The notes: a model not told the origin generated them from the sequence alone. DNA of 63,829 nucleotides from Planctomycetota bacterium (GCA_036273915.1 DASUGR010000015.1:1-63829), one strand, 5' to 3'; counted from the first letter of the stretch, positions 33,281 to 42,297 are shown. Program-made: numbers and translations.

Positions 33281-34612
33281 TCAGAAGGGGACGTGGACGC
33301 GCACGCCCAGGATGAAGAGGACGTCGTCCTGCCACGGCGGGAGCCCGCCGCCCGGATCCAGGACGATCATCAGGTCGGGGGTGATCTGCAGCTTGCCCCC
33401 CTCGAGCATCAGCTTGTAGTAGATCTCGATCGTGACCTCGGTGTCCTCGGGGATGCCCGGGAGCACGGTCGTGTTCGCCGAGATGAACCCGAGGGCCGCG
33501 CCGACCTGGTCGTCGGGCCGCCGGGCGAACGGGCCGTTCCACACGGCGCCGAACGAGTAGTCCGCCTCCACGGGGTTCGCGTCGCCGCCGTTCACGGCGA
33601 TGCGCGCCCAGAGGCCGACCTTGTCGGTGACGAACCAGTCCCAGGACACGCCGCCGCCGGAGGAGCCGTCGCCCGAGGCGTCGCGGAAGAAGGACTGGAC
33701 CCAGGCGAGGACGCGCACGTTCATCACGTGCCCCCCGACCTCGCCCTTCCATCCGCCCTGGATGTAGAACTGCCCGTGGTTGAACCACTGGCCGGGCGTG
33801 TTGAACCAGCCGTAGCTGATCGTCCACTCCCCGTTCGAGCCGAGGTTGAGCCAGCCGTAGTACGCGTAGCTCGTCCGCCCCGTGGCGTCGGTGAGCCACT
33901 CGACGGCCGGCGGGTTGGCGAAGAGGTCGTTCAGGTACTGCGTCTTCGCGTCGTCCGCGATGTCGTTCTGGAGGAATCGCGTGCGCGGGTCCAGCTCGCC
34001 GAACTCGTGGTGCAGCGTGGTCTCGCCGACGCGGCACGTGAACCGGAATCCCGCCTCGTACATCGTCGCGACGCCGGGAGCCGTGGGCGTGTTGCCGTTC
34101 ACGCCGATGCCGTCGAAGAGGCCCGAGAGCGTCGGGCCGGCGATCGGGTTGAACGTCTGCGGGGGCGATCCGACGACGACCGTGCCGAACTGCGACGGGA
34201 ACGTGCCGTCCGATCCGCCCTCGTCGAACCCGTTCCCGACCATGTGCAGGAAGAGCGACAGGTCGTCCGTGACCTGGAAGTCGAAGTCGAGGCTGTAGTC
34301 GCCGCCCACGACGGAACGGTTCGACGGGTCGAGGCCGACCGTTCCCTGGAACACGCCGGTCACCGCCGCGTGGATCGTGATCCGGTCCTGGTTCTCGCCG
34401 CCCTGCGCGCCGCGAAGGGGGCTCTGGCTGGCGAGGTACTCCTCGACCTCGTCCGCGATCAGCGTGGTCTGCTGGGCCTCGAGCGCCTCGACCTTCTCCC
34501 GGAGCCTCTCGACCTCTTCGCGGAGATCCGCGTCGCCGGCCAGGAGCGGAGCAGCAAGGACGAGGAGCATCGCGCAGGCTGCCCATAGGGCCTCGATGCG
34601 ATGCATCGGCAA
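33281..34612 (-). CDS. OprB-like porin with an N-terminal coiled coil, paralogue 2
   Basis: ORF track, 443 aa. The TTG start at 34612 has AAGGAGG with a 5-nt spacer; an ATG follows two codons later. The coiled coil reads DLREEVERLREKVEALEAQQ. It ends VRVHVPF. Only 12 nt separate it from paralogue 1. Confidence 0.78.
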   Translation of the reverse strand: MPMHRIEALWAACAMLLVLAAPLLAGDADLREEVERLREKVEALEAQQTTLIADEVEEYLASQSPLRGAQGGENQDRITIHAAVTGVFQGTVGLDPSNRSVVGGDYSLDFDFQVTDDLSLFLHMVGNGFDEGGSDGTFPSQFGTVVVGSPPQTFNPIAGPTLSGLFDGIGVNGNTPTAPGVATMYEAGFRFTCRVGETTLHHEFGELDPRTRFLQNDIADDAKTQYLNDLFANPPAVEWLTDATGRTSYAYYGWLNLGSNGEWTISYGWFNTPGQWFNHGQFYIQGGWKGEVGGHVMNVRVLAWVQSFFRDASGDGSSGGGVSWDWFVTDKVGLWARIAVNGGDANPVEADYSFGAVWNGPFARRPDDQVGAALGFISANTTVLPGIPEDTEVTIEIYYKLMLEGGKLQITPDLMIVLDPGGGLPPWQDDVLFILGVRVHVPF

Positions 34613-34913
34613 GTGAACCTCCTTGCGCCCCCCCGCAAGGGGCGCATACCCCGGTTAGATCGGCCGGCTGCGGCTTCGTCGCTAGGCTTTGCCTGAGAAG
34701 TCGCCGTCAGGACCGAGACCGAGCGAGGACAAGCCGGACAAGGAGCGCCGACGAAGCCGTACTGACGGAGAAGTACTGCGAGGAGGCGCGACGCAGGGCC
34801 GGCGGCCGCAGCCGGTCGAATCCAGGCGACTTTGCCGGAGGGCCGACCCCGCCGGGATTCGCGCGCGTCCGCGAGGGGAGAAAGGGGGGCCCGGGGGGGG
34901 AGGAGGGGCGCGC

Positions 34914-34949
34914 GGAAAGAAAGAGGCGGCGCCCCAAGGGCGCCGCCTC
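34914..34949 (-). terminator. Intrinsic terminator of porin paralogue 3
   Basis: A perfect 12-bp stem, GAGGCGGCGCCC (34923-34934) paired with GGGCGCCGCCTC (34938-34949), has a 3-nt loop. On the minus strand it is followed by TTTCTTTCC. Confidence 0.8.
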
Positions 34950-34972
34950 CGATTCACACGAGTCGAGAGAAC

Positions 34973-36304
34973 CTAGAACGGGACGTAGACGCGGACGCCC
35001 ATGATGAACAGGGAGTCATCCGCCCAGCTGCCGCCGTCCGCGAACGCGCCGCCACCCGGATTCATCACGAAGAGGAAGTTCGGGGTGACCCAGATCTTGC
35101 CGTTCGCCATCGCGAACCTGTAGTAGAGCTCGAACGCGAACTCCGTGTCCTCCGGAGGAGTGCCCACGACGTCCTCGTCGAGGTGCGTCCACACGAGACC
35201 CGCGCCGAACTGATCGTCCGGACGGCTGGAGATCATGTTCTGGAAGATGAAGCCGACCGCGAAGTCGTAGTCGACCGGGTTCGTGTCCTCGACGTTGAAG
35301 CCGCCGGTGAAGAACACGCCCACCTTCTCGGTGATCCACCAGTCCCACATCCAGCCGATCATGAAGCCCGTGTCGTCGACCGCGAAGGCCGAGCCGGGGC
35401 CCGCGCCGTTCGCGCCGTTGTAGCCGTCGATGTTGAAGAGGAACTTCACGTCCATCTCGCGGCCCTTGACCTCGCCCTTCCAGGCGACCTCGACGTACAG
35501 CTGGCCGTGGTCGAACCACGCGCCGGCCGTGTTGAACCAGCCCCAGCTGACCTTGAACTGCTTCTGGTCGCCGAGCTCGAGCCACATGTAGAGGCCGAGG
35601 GAGGTCGTGCCGGCCGACGTGGTGATCCACTCGACCGAGGCCGGGTCGCTGAACGAGTTGTGGATGAACGTCTTGTTGTTGTCCGCGAACGCGCTGGTGA
35701 TGAACCGGTTGCGCGGATCGATCTCGCCCATCTCCCAGTGCAGGGAGGTGTCGCCGAGGTGCGTGATCGCACGCACGCCGACCTCGTTCGTGGTCACCGC
35801 GCCCGGATTCGTCGGAACGGTGCCGTTCACGCCGATGCCGTCCGTGATGCCCGCGTTCGTGGCGAACGGGAACGCCAGGGCGATCCCCGCCGGGCCGAAG
35901 GCGCCGGGGAACGCGTCCCCGCTGAAGGCGCCCGCGCTCGTGTTCGCGGTCATGTAGCAGAAGAGGGAGACCTCGTCGCTGACCGCAAATTCGAAGTTCA
36001 GGTCGAACTCGCCGCCCACCACGCCGACGTCGGCGCCGTCGCTGCCGATGACGCCCTGGTAGACGCTGGTGAGAGCCGCATGGAGCGTCACGCCCTTGAG
36101 CGAGTCGCCGCCCTGCGCGCCTTCGAAGGCCTTGGTCTCCGCCAGGAAGGCGCTCACGTCCTGTTGCAGCTGGGCTGCCTTCAGGTTCTGATTCTCCTGT
36201 CGGAGCCGTTCGAGCTCGCCCTGCTGGTCTTCGGCGCCCGCGAACGGGGCCGCAAGACAAAGGGCCATGCAGGACACGAATCCTGCGCAAACAAAGCGTC
36301 CCAT
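34973..36304 (-). CDS. OprB-like porin with an N-terminal coiled coil, paralogue 3
   Basis: Starts at an internal ATG at 36304 (MGRFVCAGFVSCMALCLAAPFAGA), with GGAGG 9 nt upstream. The coiled coil reads GELERLRQENQNLKAAQLQQ. It ends VRVYVPF. Confidence 0.8.
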   Translation of the reverse strand: MGRFVCAGFVSCMALCLAAPFAGAEDQQGELERLRQENQNLKAAQLQQDVSAFLAETKAFEGAQGGDSLKGVTLHAALTSVYQGVIGSDGADVGVVGGEFDLNFEFAVSDEVSLFCYMTANTSAGAFSGDAFPGAFGPAGIALAFPFATNAGITDGIGVNGTVPTNPGAVTTNEVGVRAITHLGDTSLHWEMGEIDPRNRFITSAFADNNKTFIHNSFSDPASVEWITTSAGTTSLGLYMWLELGDQKQFKVSWGWFNTAGAWFDHGQLYVEVAWKGEVKGREMDVKFLFNIDGYNGANGAGPGSAFAVDDTGFMIGWMWDWWITEKVGVFFTGGFNVEDTNPVDYDFAVGFIFQNMISSRPDDQFGAGLVWTHLDEDVVGTPPEDTEFAFELYYRFAMANGKIWVTPNFLFVMNPGGGAFADGGSWADDSLFIMGVRVYVPF

Positions 36305-36598
36305 GAATGAAACCTCCGTAATCTCCACCGCTTCTGCGGAATGTTGCCCTTCGACAGGGACTAGATTCAAGCTGCCAATAATAATTCGGGGGAAAAGGAT
36401 TCAAGGCGCAGGGGGCGTCCGAAAAATTGGGTCCTCATGAGCCGGAAAGCAGTACCACGCGGTTCCCTCAAAGGAGTCCGTGTAACCGTTTTGCTCGTTC
36501 AATGGACACAAGCTGCTCCATGACGACACAGAGGCGCCCATCCACCTAACGGATGTAAGGCCAACGGCCGTTCGGACCCGCGCGGAAAGGGCGGGCGC

Positions 36599-36997
36599 TC
36601 AGGAGGCGAGGAGTCCGAGGAGCGCCATCTCCTTGAAGGAGAGGCGCTTGTCGAACTTGCAGCCGAGGCCGATCTCGCGCGTCTTGCCGGTCGAGATCTC
36701 GAACCGCGTGATCGTCGCGTCCTTGATGAGGCTCCGCACCTTCTCGTACTTGAGCTCGATCACGACGCGCGTGTTCATCTTGGAGAGGATCTTCTGCGCC
36801 AGCTCGACGAGGTTCTTCTCGTTCTCGACCTCGGGGCCGAAGATCCGCTCGATGTCCTTGCTCGAGAAGAAGATGCCGCTCGCGCTGATGTTCTCGGCCT
36901 TGGACACGAACATGATGTCCTGGGACCCGTTGCGCATCATGGAAACGGCGCAATCGAAGGTGGCAGGCTTTCGGGTCGAGTTGCGGCGGCTCGGCAT
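36599..36997 (-). CDS. PilZ-domain protein (putative c-di-GMP receptor)
   Basis: ORF track, 132 aa. The N-terminus reads RRNSTRKP, followed by D-x-S-x-x-G (ENISASGIFF), which together form the PilZ signature. The gene is visibly lower in GC than its neighbours. Confidence 0.8.
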   Translation of the reverse strand: MPSRRNSTRKPATFDCAVSMMRNGSQDIMFVSKAENISASGIFFSSKDIERIFGPEVENEKNLVELAQKILSKMNTRVVIELKYEKVRSLIKDATITRFEISTGKTREIGLGCKFDKRLSFKEMALLGLLAS

Positions 36998-37083
36998 CCC
37001 TTGGCGTTATCGGTCGGCTCCGGGACGGAATTGAGGGGGCTCCGGGGCTTCGGCGGGCAAGCCGGGAGCCGTTCGCTCCCATC

Positions 37084-38838
37084 CTACTCCCCGGCGGGCT
37101 CGTAGGTGGCCCTCGACTCCACGGGGGGGACCCGCGGCTCCAGCCCGTTCACGAGGATGCTCTCGAGCGGCGCCGCCCCCCCGGCGATGATCTCCTGCAG
37201 GTCGAACCCGTGGACGGGCTCGATCACGTCCTGGATCACCGAGGCGTAGTCCTTGATGGCCCGCGACACATCCGAGGAGAGGACGGCGTCCGGCGCCCGG
37301 CTCTCGACCGCGAGGACCCCGGCCACCCGCAGCTCCGCCCGGCCCCCCCTGCCCCCCCCGATCCGGAAGATGGGAACCGCGTAGCAGGACCTCCGGGTGG
37401 GATCGAGGAGCCTCCAGGTCCGCTCGGGAACGCGGAGGTGCCTCTCGTAGAGTTCGCGATACGCATCCCCCCCGAACCGCGGCACGCTGTGGAGGATCAC
37501 GGAGGTCCTGGCCCGGGCCGCGATGCCGACCACCCCCGAGCCCTCCTCGAAGGTGAGCGCACGGAAGTCCCGGCGATGCCCCTCCGAGACGTAGCGGGGC
37601 CGGTAGCGGGACGAGCGGCCCCGCCAGACGTCCGGCCGGTAGTAGAGGACGTGGAACCCGCCCTCCTTGAGGATGCGGTTGAGCCTCGCGGCCAGCGCCT
37701 TCACGACGATCGCCACCGGGTGGCGGTCCGGCGGGTGGGAGAGCGCGGACCAGAGCTTGCTCGTGACGAGCGAGCCCGCGAGCAGCGCCCCGATCGGCGG
37801 CGAACGCTGCCACACGACCGGAAGCAGCGCCACGCCGAGCACGAAGAGCGCGTAGTCGAAGACCCAGCGCACGAGCGCCGCGAGCCAGCGCCGGCGCGTG
37901 GCCGCGGCGACGACGTCCTCCTTCTCGAGGCGCGCGTGGGAGCTGACGTTCGGGCGGATCCGGGTCGACTCCTGGAAGTCCTTGAGCACCTTGATCACGC
38001 TCTCCGCGCTCGAGAAGCGGAGGTTCGGGTCCTCCTGCACGAGGCGCTTCAGGAGCTCGTCCAGGTACTTGAGCGCGGCGGCCTTGCTGGCGAAGACGCC
38101 CGCGCGGCTGCGCGTGAAGTCGACGTGGTCGACGAGGTCCGCGAAGATCCGTCCGACCGCGTAGATGTCGGAGGAGGCCGTCGCCGCGCGCGCGCCCTGG
38201 TAGTAGAGCTCGGGCGCGATGTACTCCTGCGATCCGAAGAGCTCGTCCACCCCCGTGAGGTCGGAGTCCGGGATCTTCGCGAGCCCGAAGTCGACGATGC
38301 GGCAGCATCCCTGCGCGTCCACGAGCACGTTCCAGGGCTTCAGGTCGCGGTGGATGATGCCGCGCTCGTGCACGTGGCGCAGCCCGGCGAGGATCTGCGA
38401 CACGAGGTAGACGACCTCCTCCATCTTCATGTCGCGCTGGCGCGCGTACGCGTAGAGGGTCACCGGCGCGCCGCCGTCCCCCTCCACGAGCTCCATCACG
38501 TAGTAGTAGCAGGGGGTCGGGAGACCCGGCGGCTCGTACCGCCCGTGCTCGAAGACCTTGACGATGTTCCTGTGGTCCGCCTGCTCGAGGATCCGCGCCT
38601 CGCGGACGAACCGCTCGACGTAGCGGCGATCGCGGGCCGCGAGGTCGGGGTCGAGCACCTTGACCGCGTACTTCGCGCGATCGTCGCTCGCGTGGCGCGC
38701 CTCGAACACGGCGCCCATCGCGCCGAAGTCGATCAGGCGCTCGAGCTGGTAGCGCCCGCCCACGGCGCCGCCCACGAGGGAGCGGTAGAAGGACCGCTTG
38801 CGTTCGAGACTAGCGTCCGCGGGGCGCTCGGCTTCCAT
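37084..38838 (-). CDS. Ser/Thr protein kinase with transmembrane segments and a C-terminal GAF-like domain
   Basis: ORF track, 584 aa. Kinase motifs are present: YAVKVL, HRDLKPWNVLV, DFGLAK and APE. Hydrophobic helices lie around aa 330-370. The C-terminal roughly 200 aa look GAF-like (GVVGIAARARTSVIL...YAVPIF...AGVLAVES). Confidence 0.88.
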   Translation of the reverse strand: MEAERPADASLERKRSFYRSLVGGAVGGRYQLERLIDFGAMGAVFEARHASDDRAKYAVKVLDPDLAARDRRYVERFVREARILEQADHRNIVKVFEHGRYEPPGLPTPCYYYVMELVEGDGGAPVTLYAYARQRDMKMEEVVYLVSQILAGLRHVHERGIIHRDLKPWNVLVDAQGCCRIVDFGLAKIPDSDLTGVDELFGSQEYIAPELYYQGARAATASSDIYAVGRIFADLVDHVDFTRSRAGVFASKAAALKYLDELLKRLVQEDPNLRFSSAESVIKVLKDFQESTRIRPNVSSHARLEKEDVVAAATRRRWLAALVRWVFDYALFVLGVALLPVVWQRSPPIGALLAGSLVTSKLWSALSHPPDRHPVAIVVKALAARLNRILKEGGFHVLYYRPDVWRGRSSRYRPRYVSEGHRRDFRALTFEEGSGVVGIAARARTSVILHSVPRFGGDAYRELYERHLRVPERTWRLLDPTRRSCYAVPIFRIGGGRGGRAELRVAGVLAVESRAPDAVLSSDVSRAIKDYASVIQDVIEPVHGFDLQEIIAGGAAPLESILVNGLEPRVPPVESRATYEPAGE

Positions 38839-38877
38839 GGCAAGCCGACCCTCCGCGGCGCGGCGCGGTCCGGAGAC

Positions 38878-39210
38878 CTAGGCGTCGCCCCAGTCGAAGT
38901 CCTCTTCCCGCTCCTCGAAGTCGGTCGCGAAGCGGCGCCAGTTGGCGAGGATCTTGCTCGCCGGGTGTTCGTCGAGGAGCGCGCTCACGCGGCGGAACCA
39001 GGCGGGCGCGCGGTCGTAGCGCTCCTCGAGAAGCTCCTCGAAGGACAGGGCCTTGTAGTGGGGCTCCTTCAGCCAGGAGCGGGTCTCCTGCACCTTGCGG
39101 AGCTGGGTCGCGGTCTCGATGTGGCGCTTCAGGTCCGAACGGACCATGAACTCGATCGGCGACATCGGCTTGAGGTCGGAGGTGTCGGAGGCGTGGCTGT
39201 GGCTGGACAA
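38878..39210 (-). CDS. Small acidic hypothetical protein
   Basis: C-terminal part of listed ORF 38878..39693. A TTG start at 39210 is preceded by GGGGGAG; an alternative ATG lies at 39165 (MSPIEFMVRSDLKRH). The rest of the listed ORF is antisense to the adenosyltransferase gene. Confidence 0.55.
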   Translation of the reverse strand: MSSHSHASDTSDLKPMSPIEFMVRSDLKRHIETATQLRKVQETRSWLKEPHYKALSFEELLEERYDRAPAWFRRVSALLDEHPASKILANWRRFATDFEEREEDFDWGDA

Positions 39211-39309
39211 AATCTCCCCCTTGGCGGCACTTGGAGCCCTACGACTCACAGGACCGCCATTATACGCCCAAAGCGGCCTGGTGCCAAGGCGGGCGGGCAG
39301 GGGCTTACA

Positions 39310-39870
39310 ATGGCGCCGGTGCCGATCTACACGGGCGGAGGAGACCGGGGCGAGACGGGCCTCTTCGGCGGCGGGCGGGTGAGCAAGGACGACCTCCGGG
39401 TGGAGGCGTATGGGGCCGTGGACGAGCTGAATGCCGCCCTGGGCTGCGCGCGCGCCACCGACCTCCCCGGGGAGCTCGAGACCCTGCTCGCGAGGATCCA
39501 GGAGGATCTTTTCGTGCTGGGCGCCGACCTCGCGACGCCGCCGGACGCGACGGTCCGGGCCGACCGCGTGGTGCGGCTGCAGCCCGGCGCCGCGAGGGCG
39601 CTCGAGCCCGAGATCGACCGCCTCGACGCGGCGCTCCCGCCGCTCAAGACGTTCATCCTCCCCGGCGGCTCGCCTGCTGGCGCGGCGCTCCACCTCGCGC
39701 GCACCGTGTGCCGGCGCGCGGAGCGCCGGGTCGTGACGCTTGCCCGGAATGGCGACGTTTCCGGCGAAGCCATCGTGTACCTGAACCGCCTCTCCGATCT
39801 GCTGTTCGTGATGGCCCGCTCGGCGAACGCCCGCGCAGGAGTCCCGGAGGCGCCGTGGAACCCGCGGTGA
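39310..39870 (+). CDS. ATP:cob(I)alamin adenosyltransferase, PduO type
   Basis: C-terminal 186 aa of listed ORF 37210..39870, starting MAPVPIYTGGGDRGETGL. It contains the family motifs RVEAYGAVDELNAALG and FILPGG. Confidence 0.88.
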   Translation: MAPVPIYTGGGDRGETGLFGGGRVSKDDLRVEAYGAVDELNAALGCARATDLPGELETLLARIQEDLFVLGADLATPPDATVRADRVVRLQPGAARALEPEIDRLDAALPPLKTFILPGGSPAGAALHLARTVCRRAERRVVTLARNGDVSGEAIVYLNRLSDLLFVMARSANARAGVPEAPWNPR

Positions 39871-40229
39871 AGGCGCCGCGGAGCCGCGCGCTCTGTACGA
39901 CGTTCGCGGGGACCGGCTTCCTCCTGATGATCATCGGGATCACCTACTTTGCCATGCTCGCCATCTCGGTCCGCTTCGGCGGCGACCAGGGCGAGCGCGC
40001 CGCGTCGTACGTCGAGCTCGGCCGGTTCCTGACGGGCGAGATGGAGTGGTACAAGGACGCGCGCATCTACGGGGCCGTCTCGCTCATGGCGGCGCTCACG
40101 TCGCTCCTCTTCGGCGTGAGCCCGCTCGCGCGCATCACGATCCCGGTGGCCGGGACCTGCTACGTGCTCCTCGTCTTCTTCGGGCACCAGATCGCCAAGC
40201 TCATCGAGGGCTGGGCGAGCCTCGGTTGA
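39867..40229 (+). CDS. Small membrane protein (3 transmembrane helices), unknown function
   Basis: The GTG start at 39867 overlaps the upstream stop as GTGA. The product is 120 aa with hydrophobic helices such as FLLMIIGITYFAMLAISV. Confidence 0.6.
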   Translation: MKAPRSRALCTTFAGTGFLLMIIGITYFAMLAISVRFGGDQGERAASYVELGRFLTGEMEWYKDARIYGAVSLMAALTSLLFGVSPLARITIPVAGTCYVLLVFFGHQIAKLIEGWASLG

Positions 40230-40317
40230 TCCGTCGTCGCGCCAGGCCCCTGGCCGCGTCGGTGGCCCGCTCCGCCCGCCTTCGCGCCCCCGGCGTTTCG
40301 GCGAGGCCGCACGTCGG

Positions 40318-42297
40318 CTACGCCGACGGGCGGAACATCCCCTCCTCGTAGGCGACGATCCTGCCCTCGATCGCGGAGGCCGCGACCGTCAGGGGCGACG
40401 CGAGGTAGAGGCGACCGGGGCCGGAGCGGCCCGTGTAGTTCCGGTTGATCGCGCTGACCGTCACCTGGTCGGGCCGCTCGGAGACGCCCGGGCCGCAGCC
40501 GATGCACGCGCCGCAGCCGGGATCGAGGAGCGTCGCGCCCGCCTTCCGGAAGATCTCCGTGAGCCCCGCCTTCTCGCAGTGGCGCTTCACCTCAAGCGAT
40601 CCGTACTGCACGAAGAACAGAACGCCCGGGGCGACGCGGCGGCCCGCCGCCACGGCCTCGCGCAGGACGCGCGCGTACATCTCGAGGTCGTCGATCTTGC
40701 CGGCCGTGCACGACCCGGCGTAGGCGATGTCGATCTTCACGTCGCCGATCTCGTCGACGTAGGCGCCGTTCGTCGGATCGCTCGGGACCCCGTTGTCGGG
40801 ATCCCCGGGGTGCGCGACCATCGGCCGCAGCGAGGAGAGGTCGATCGTGTGCACGCCGCCGTCGTACTTCGCGCCGGGGTCGGGCGCGACGGCGCGGGCG
40901 CGCAGCGCGGCGACGTCGGTGCCGGGCCGCTCCGCCGCGATCCAGCGGAACGTATCCTCGTCCGCCTCGACCATGCCGGCGCGCGCCGAGCACTCGGTGG
41001 CCATGTTCGCGAGCGTCGCGCGCTCGTCCATCGACAGCGACCTGAGGCCAGGCCCGCCGAACTCCATCGCGCGGTTGAGCGTGAGGCCGCGGCGCACGAA
41101 GGTCATGAGGAGGAAGAGCATCACGTCCTTCGCCGTGCACCCCGGCTTCAGCTCGCCCTTGAGCTCGAAGCGGATCGACTCCGGGACGGTGAGCGGCGTG
41201 AACCCGGCGTGGATCAGGTTCGCGTATTCGGTCGCCCCGACGCCGTAGGCGTACGCGTTGTTGCCGCCGCCCATCGTCGTGTGGCTGTCGGTCGCGAGGA
41301 TCAGGTCGCCCGGCTCGATGAACTGCTCGCGCGCGACCTCGTGGCAGATGCCGGGCGACACGCCGTCCTTGACCGAGTAGTCGCGCTGGCCGGTGTGCCT
41401 CTGGTAGACGCGCTGGATCTCGCGCAGCGTCGCGATCTTCTTCGCGAACGGCATCATCTTCCTCACGCCGTCCGCGTAGTGCAGGTGGTCCTCGAAGACC
41501 GCGAACTTCTGCGGGTTCGCGATGCCGTAGTCCTTGCCGTACTCCTCCTCGAGGAAGGCGTGCACCTGCGCGGAGGTGAACTCGTGGCTGTAGCCGCCGT
41601 CCACGTCGGCGAGCACGGCGTCGCCCGGCTTGACAGGGCCCTCGCCGCCGACGAGGTGGCGCGCGATGACCTTCTCCGCCATCGTCATCGGGCGCTTGCC
41701 CGTCGAGGGGCGCGGGATCCTCACCCTCTTCTCGGCGAGCGCCTTGCTGAACGCGAAGAGCCCGCCGTGCTCGATCACGAGCTTCGTGATCGGGTCGTGT
41801 CCCGCGGTGAACTCCGACAGCGGCACCTTCTCGCCCGCCTGGAGCCGGCGCAGGATGTCGTAGCCGCACATGAGCACGCCCTGGTTGATGTTGTTCTTCG
41901 CGTGGATCGGCGCGAAGCTCGCGGCGACCGTGATGCGGATGCCGCACCACTTCTCCGCCTGCACCGCGGTCTCGCGCGACGACCCGACGCCCTTGCGCTC
42001 GCCGGCGACGATCACCTCGAAGTTCCCGTCGAGGAGCGCGCGCTCCGGGATCACGCGACTGCCCGCCTCCATGAGCCCCGCATAGGCGTTCTTCGCGATC
42101 TCGCCGGGCATGTAGTCGAAGCAGACCCACGCGGGCGTCATCACGTCCGTGTTGATGTCGTCGAGCAGGTCCTCCGGCCGCACGTCGTCGAGCGTCAAGG
42201 AGATCTCGCCCGCGAGCTGCCTCCGGATCAGCCCGAAGTCCTTGGTGAGAAACAGGATGCGCTTGCCGGGCGTGAGGGAGACGGTGGGCTCTGCCAT
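40318..42297 (-). CDS. Aconitase/isopropylmalate-isomerase family hydro-lyase with the swivel (small-subunit-like) domain at the N-terminus
   Basis: Starts at an internal ATG at 42297 (MAEPTVSLTPGKRILFL), giving 659 aa. The N-terminal LeuD-like region contains GERKGVGSSRE. The LeuC-like region follows, with DSHTTMGG, GSCTAGK and CGACIGCG as Fe-S ligand motifs. Confidence 0.85.
   Translation of the reverse strand: MAEPTVSLTPGKRILFLTKDFGLIRRQLAGEISLTLDDVRPEDLLDDINTDVMTPAWVCFDYMPGEIAKNAYAGLMEAGSRVIPERALLDGNFEVIVAGERKGVGSSRETAVQAEKWCGIRITVAASFAPIHAKNNINQGVLMCGYDILRRLQAGEKVPLSEFTAGHDPITKLVIEHGGLFAFSKALAEKRVRIPRPSTGKRPMTMAEKVIARHLVGGEGPVKPGDAVLADVDGGYSHEFTSAQVHAFLEEEYGKDYGIANPQKFAVFEDHLHYADGVRKMMPFAKKIATLREIQRVYQRHTGQRDYSVKDGVSPGICHEVAREQFIEPGDLILATDSHTTMGGGNNAYAYGVGATEYANLIHAGFTPLTVPESIRFELKGELKPGCTAKDVMLFLLMTFVRRGLTLNRAMEFGGPGLRSLSMDERATLANMATECSARAGMVEADEDTFRWIAAERPGTDVAALRARAVAPDPGAKYDGGVHTIDLSSLRPMVAHPGDPDNGVPSDPTNGAYVDEIGDVKIDIAYAGSCTAGKIDDLEMYARVLREAVAAGRRVAPGVLFFVQYGSLEVKRHCEKAGLTEIFRKAGATLLDPGCGACIGCGPGVSERPDQVTVSAINRNYTGRSGPGRLYLASPLTVAASAIEGRIVAYEEGMFRPSA

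Noticed and set aside
29630-34588. A 1652-aa plus-strand ORF spanning five minus-strand genes
   Set aside because: Its composition is dominated by Arg, Ala, Gly, Asp, Glu and Pro with no recognisable motifs. It lies exactly antisense to well-supported genes (VWA/HEAT, phosphatase, two porins). Long stop-free antisense frames are expected at about 70% GC with GC-rich third positions.
34800-34825. A tRNA-like T-loop sequence (GGTCGAATCC) in the porin 2/3 spacer
   Set aside because: The flanking bases do not form a T-stem (GCCGG against CAGGC), and no acceptor or anticodon arms could be drawn. I found no tRNA or rRNA anywhere in the window.
36305-36598. A c-di-GMP (GEMM) riboswitch in the AT-rich spacer next to the PilZ gene
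   Set aside because: I could not find the conserved GEMM-I elements (GGCAAACC and GACGCAAAGCC-type segments) on either strand. The region is kept only as an unexplained low-GC spacer.
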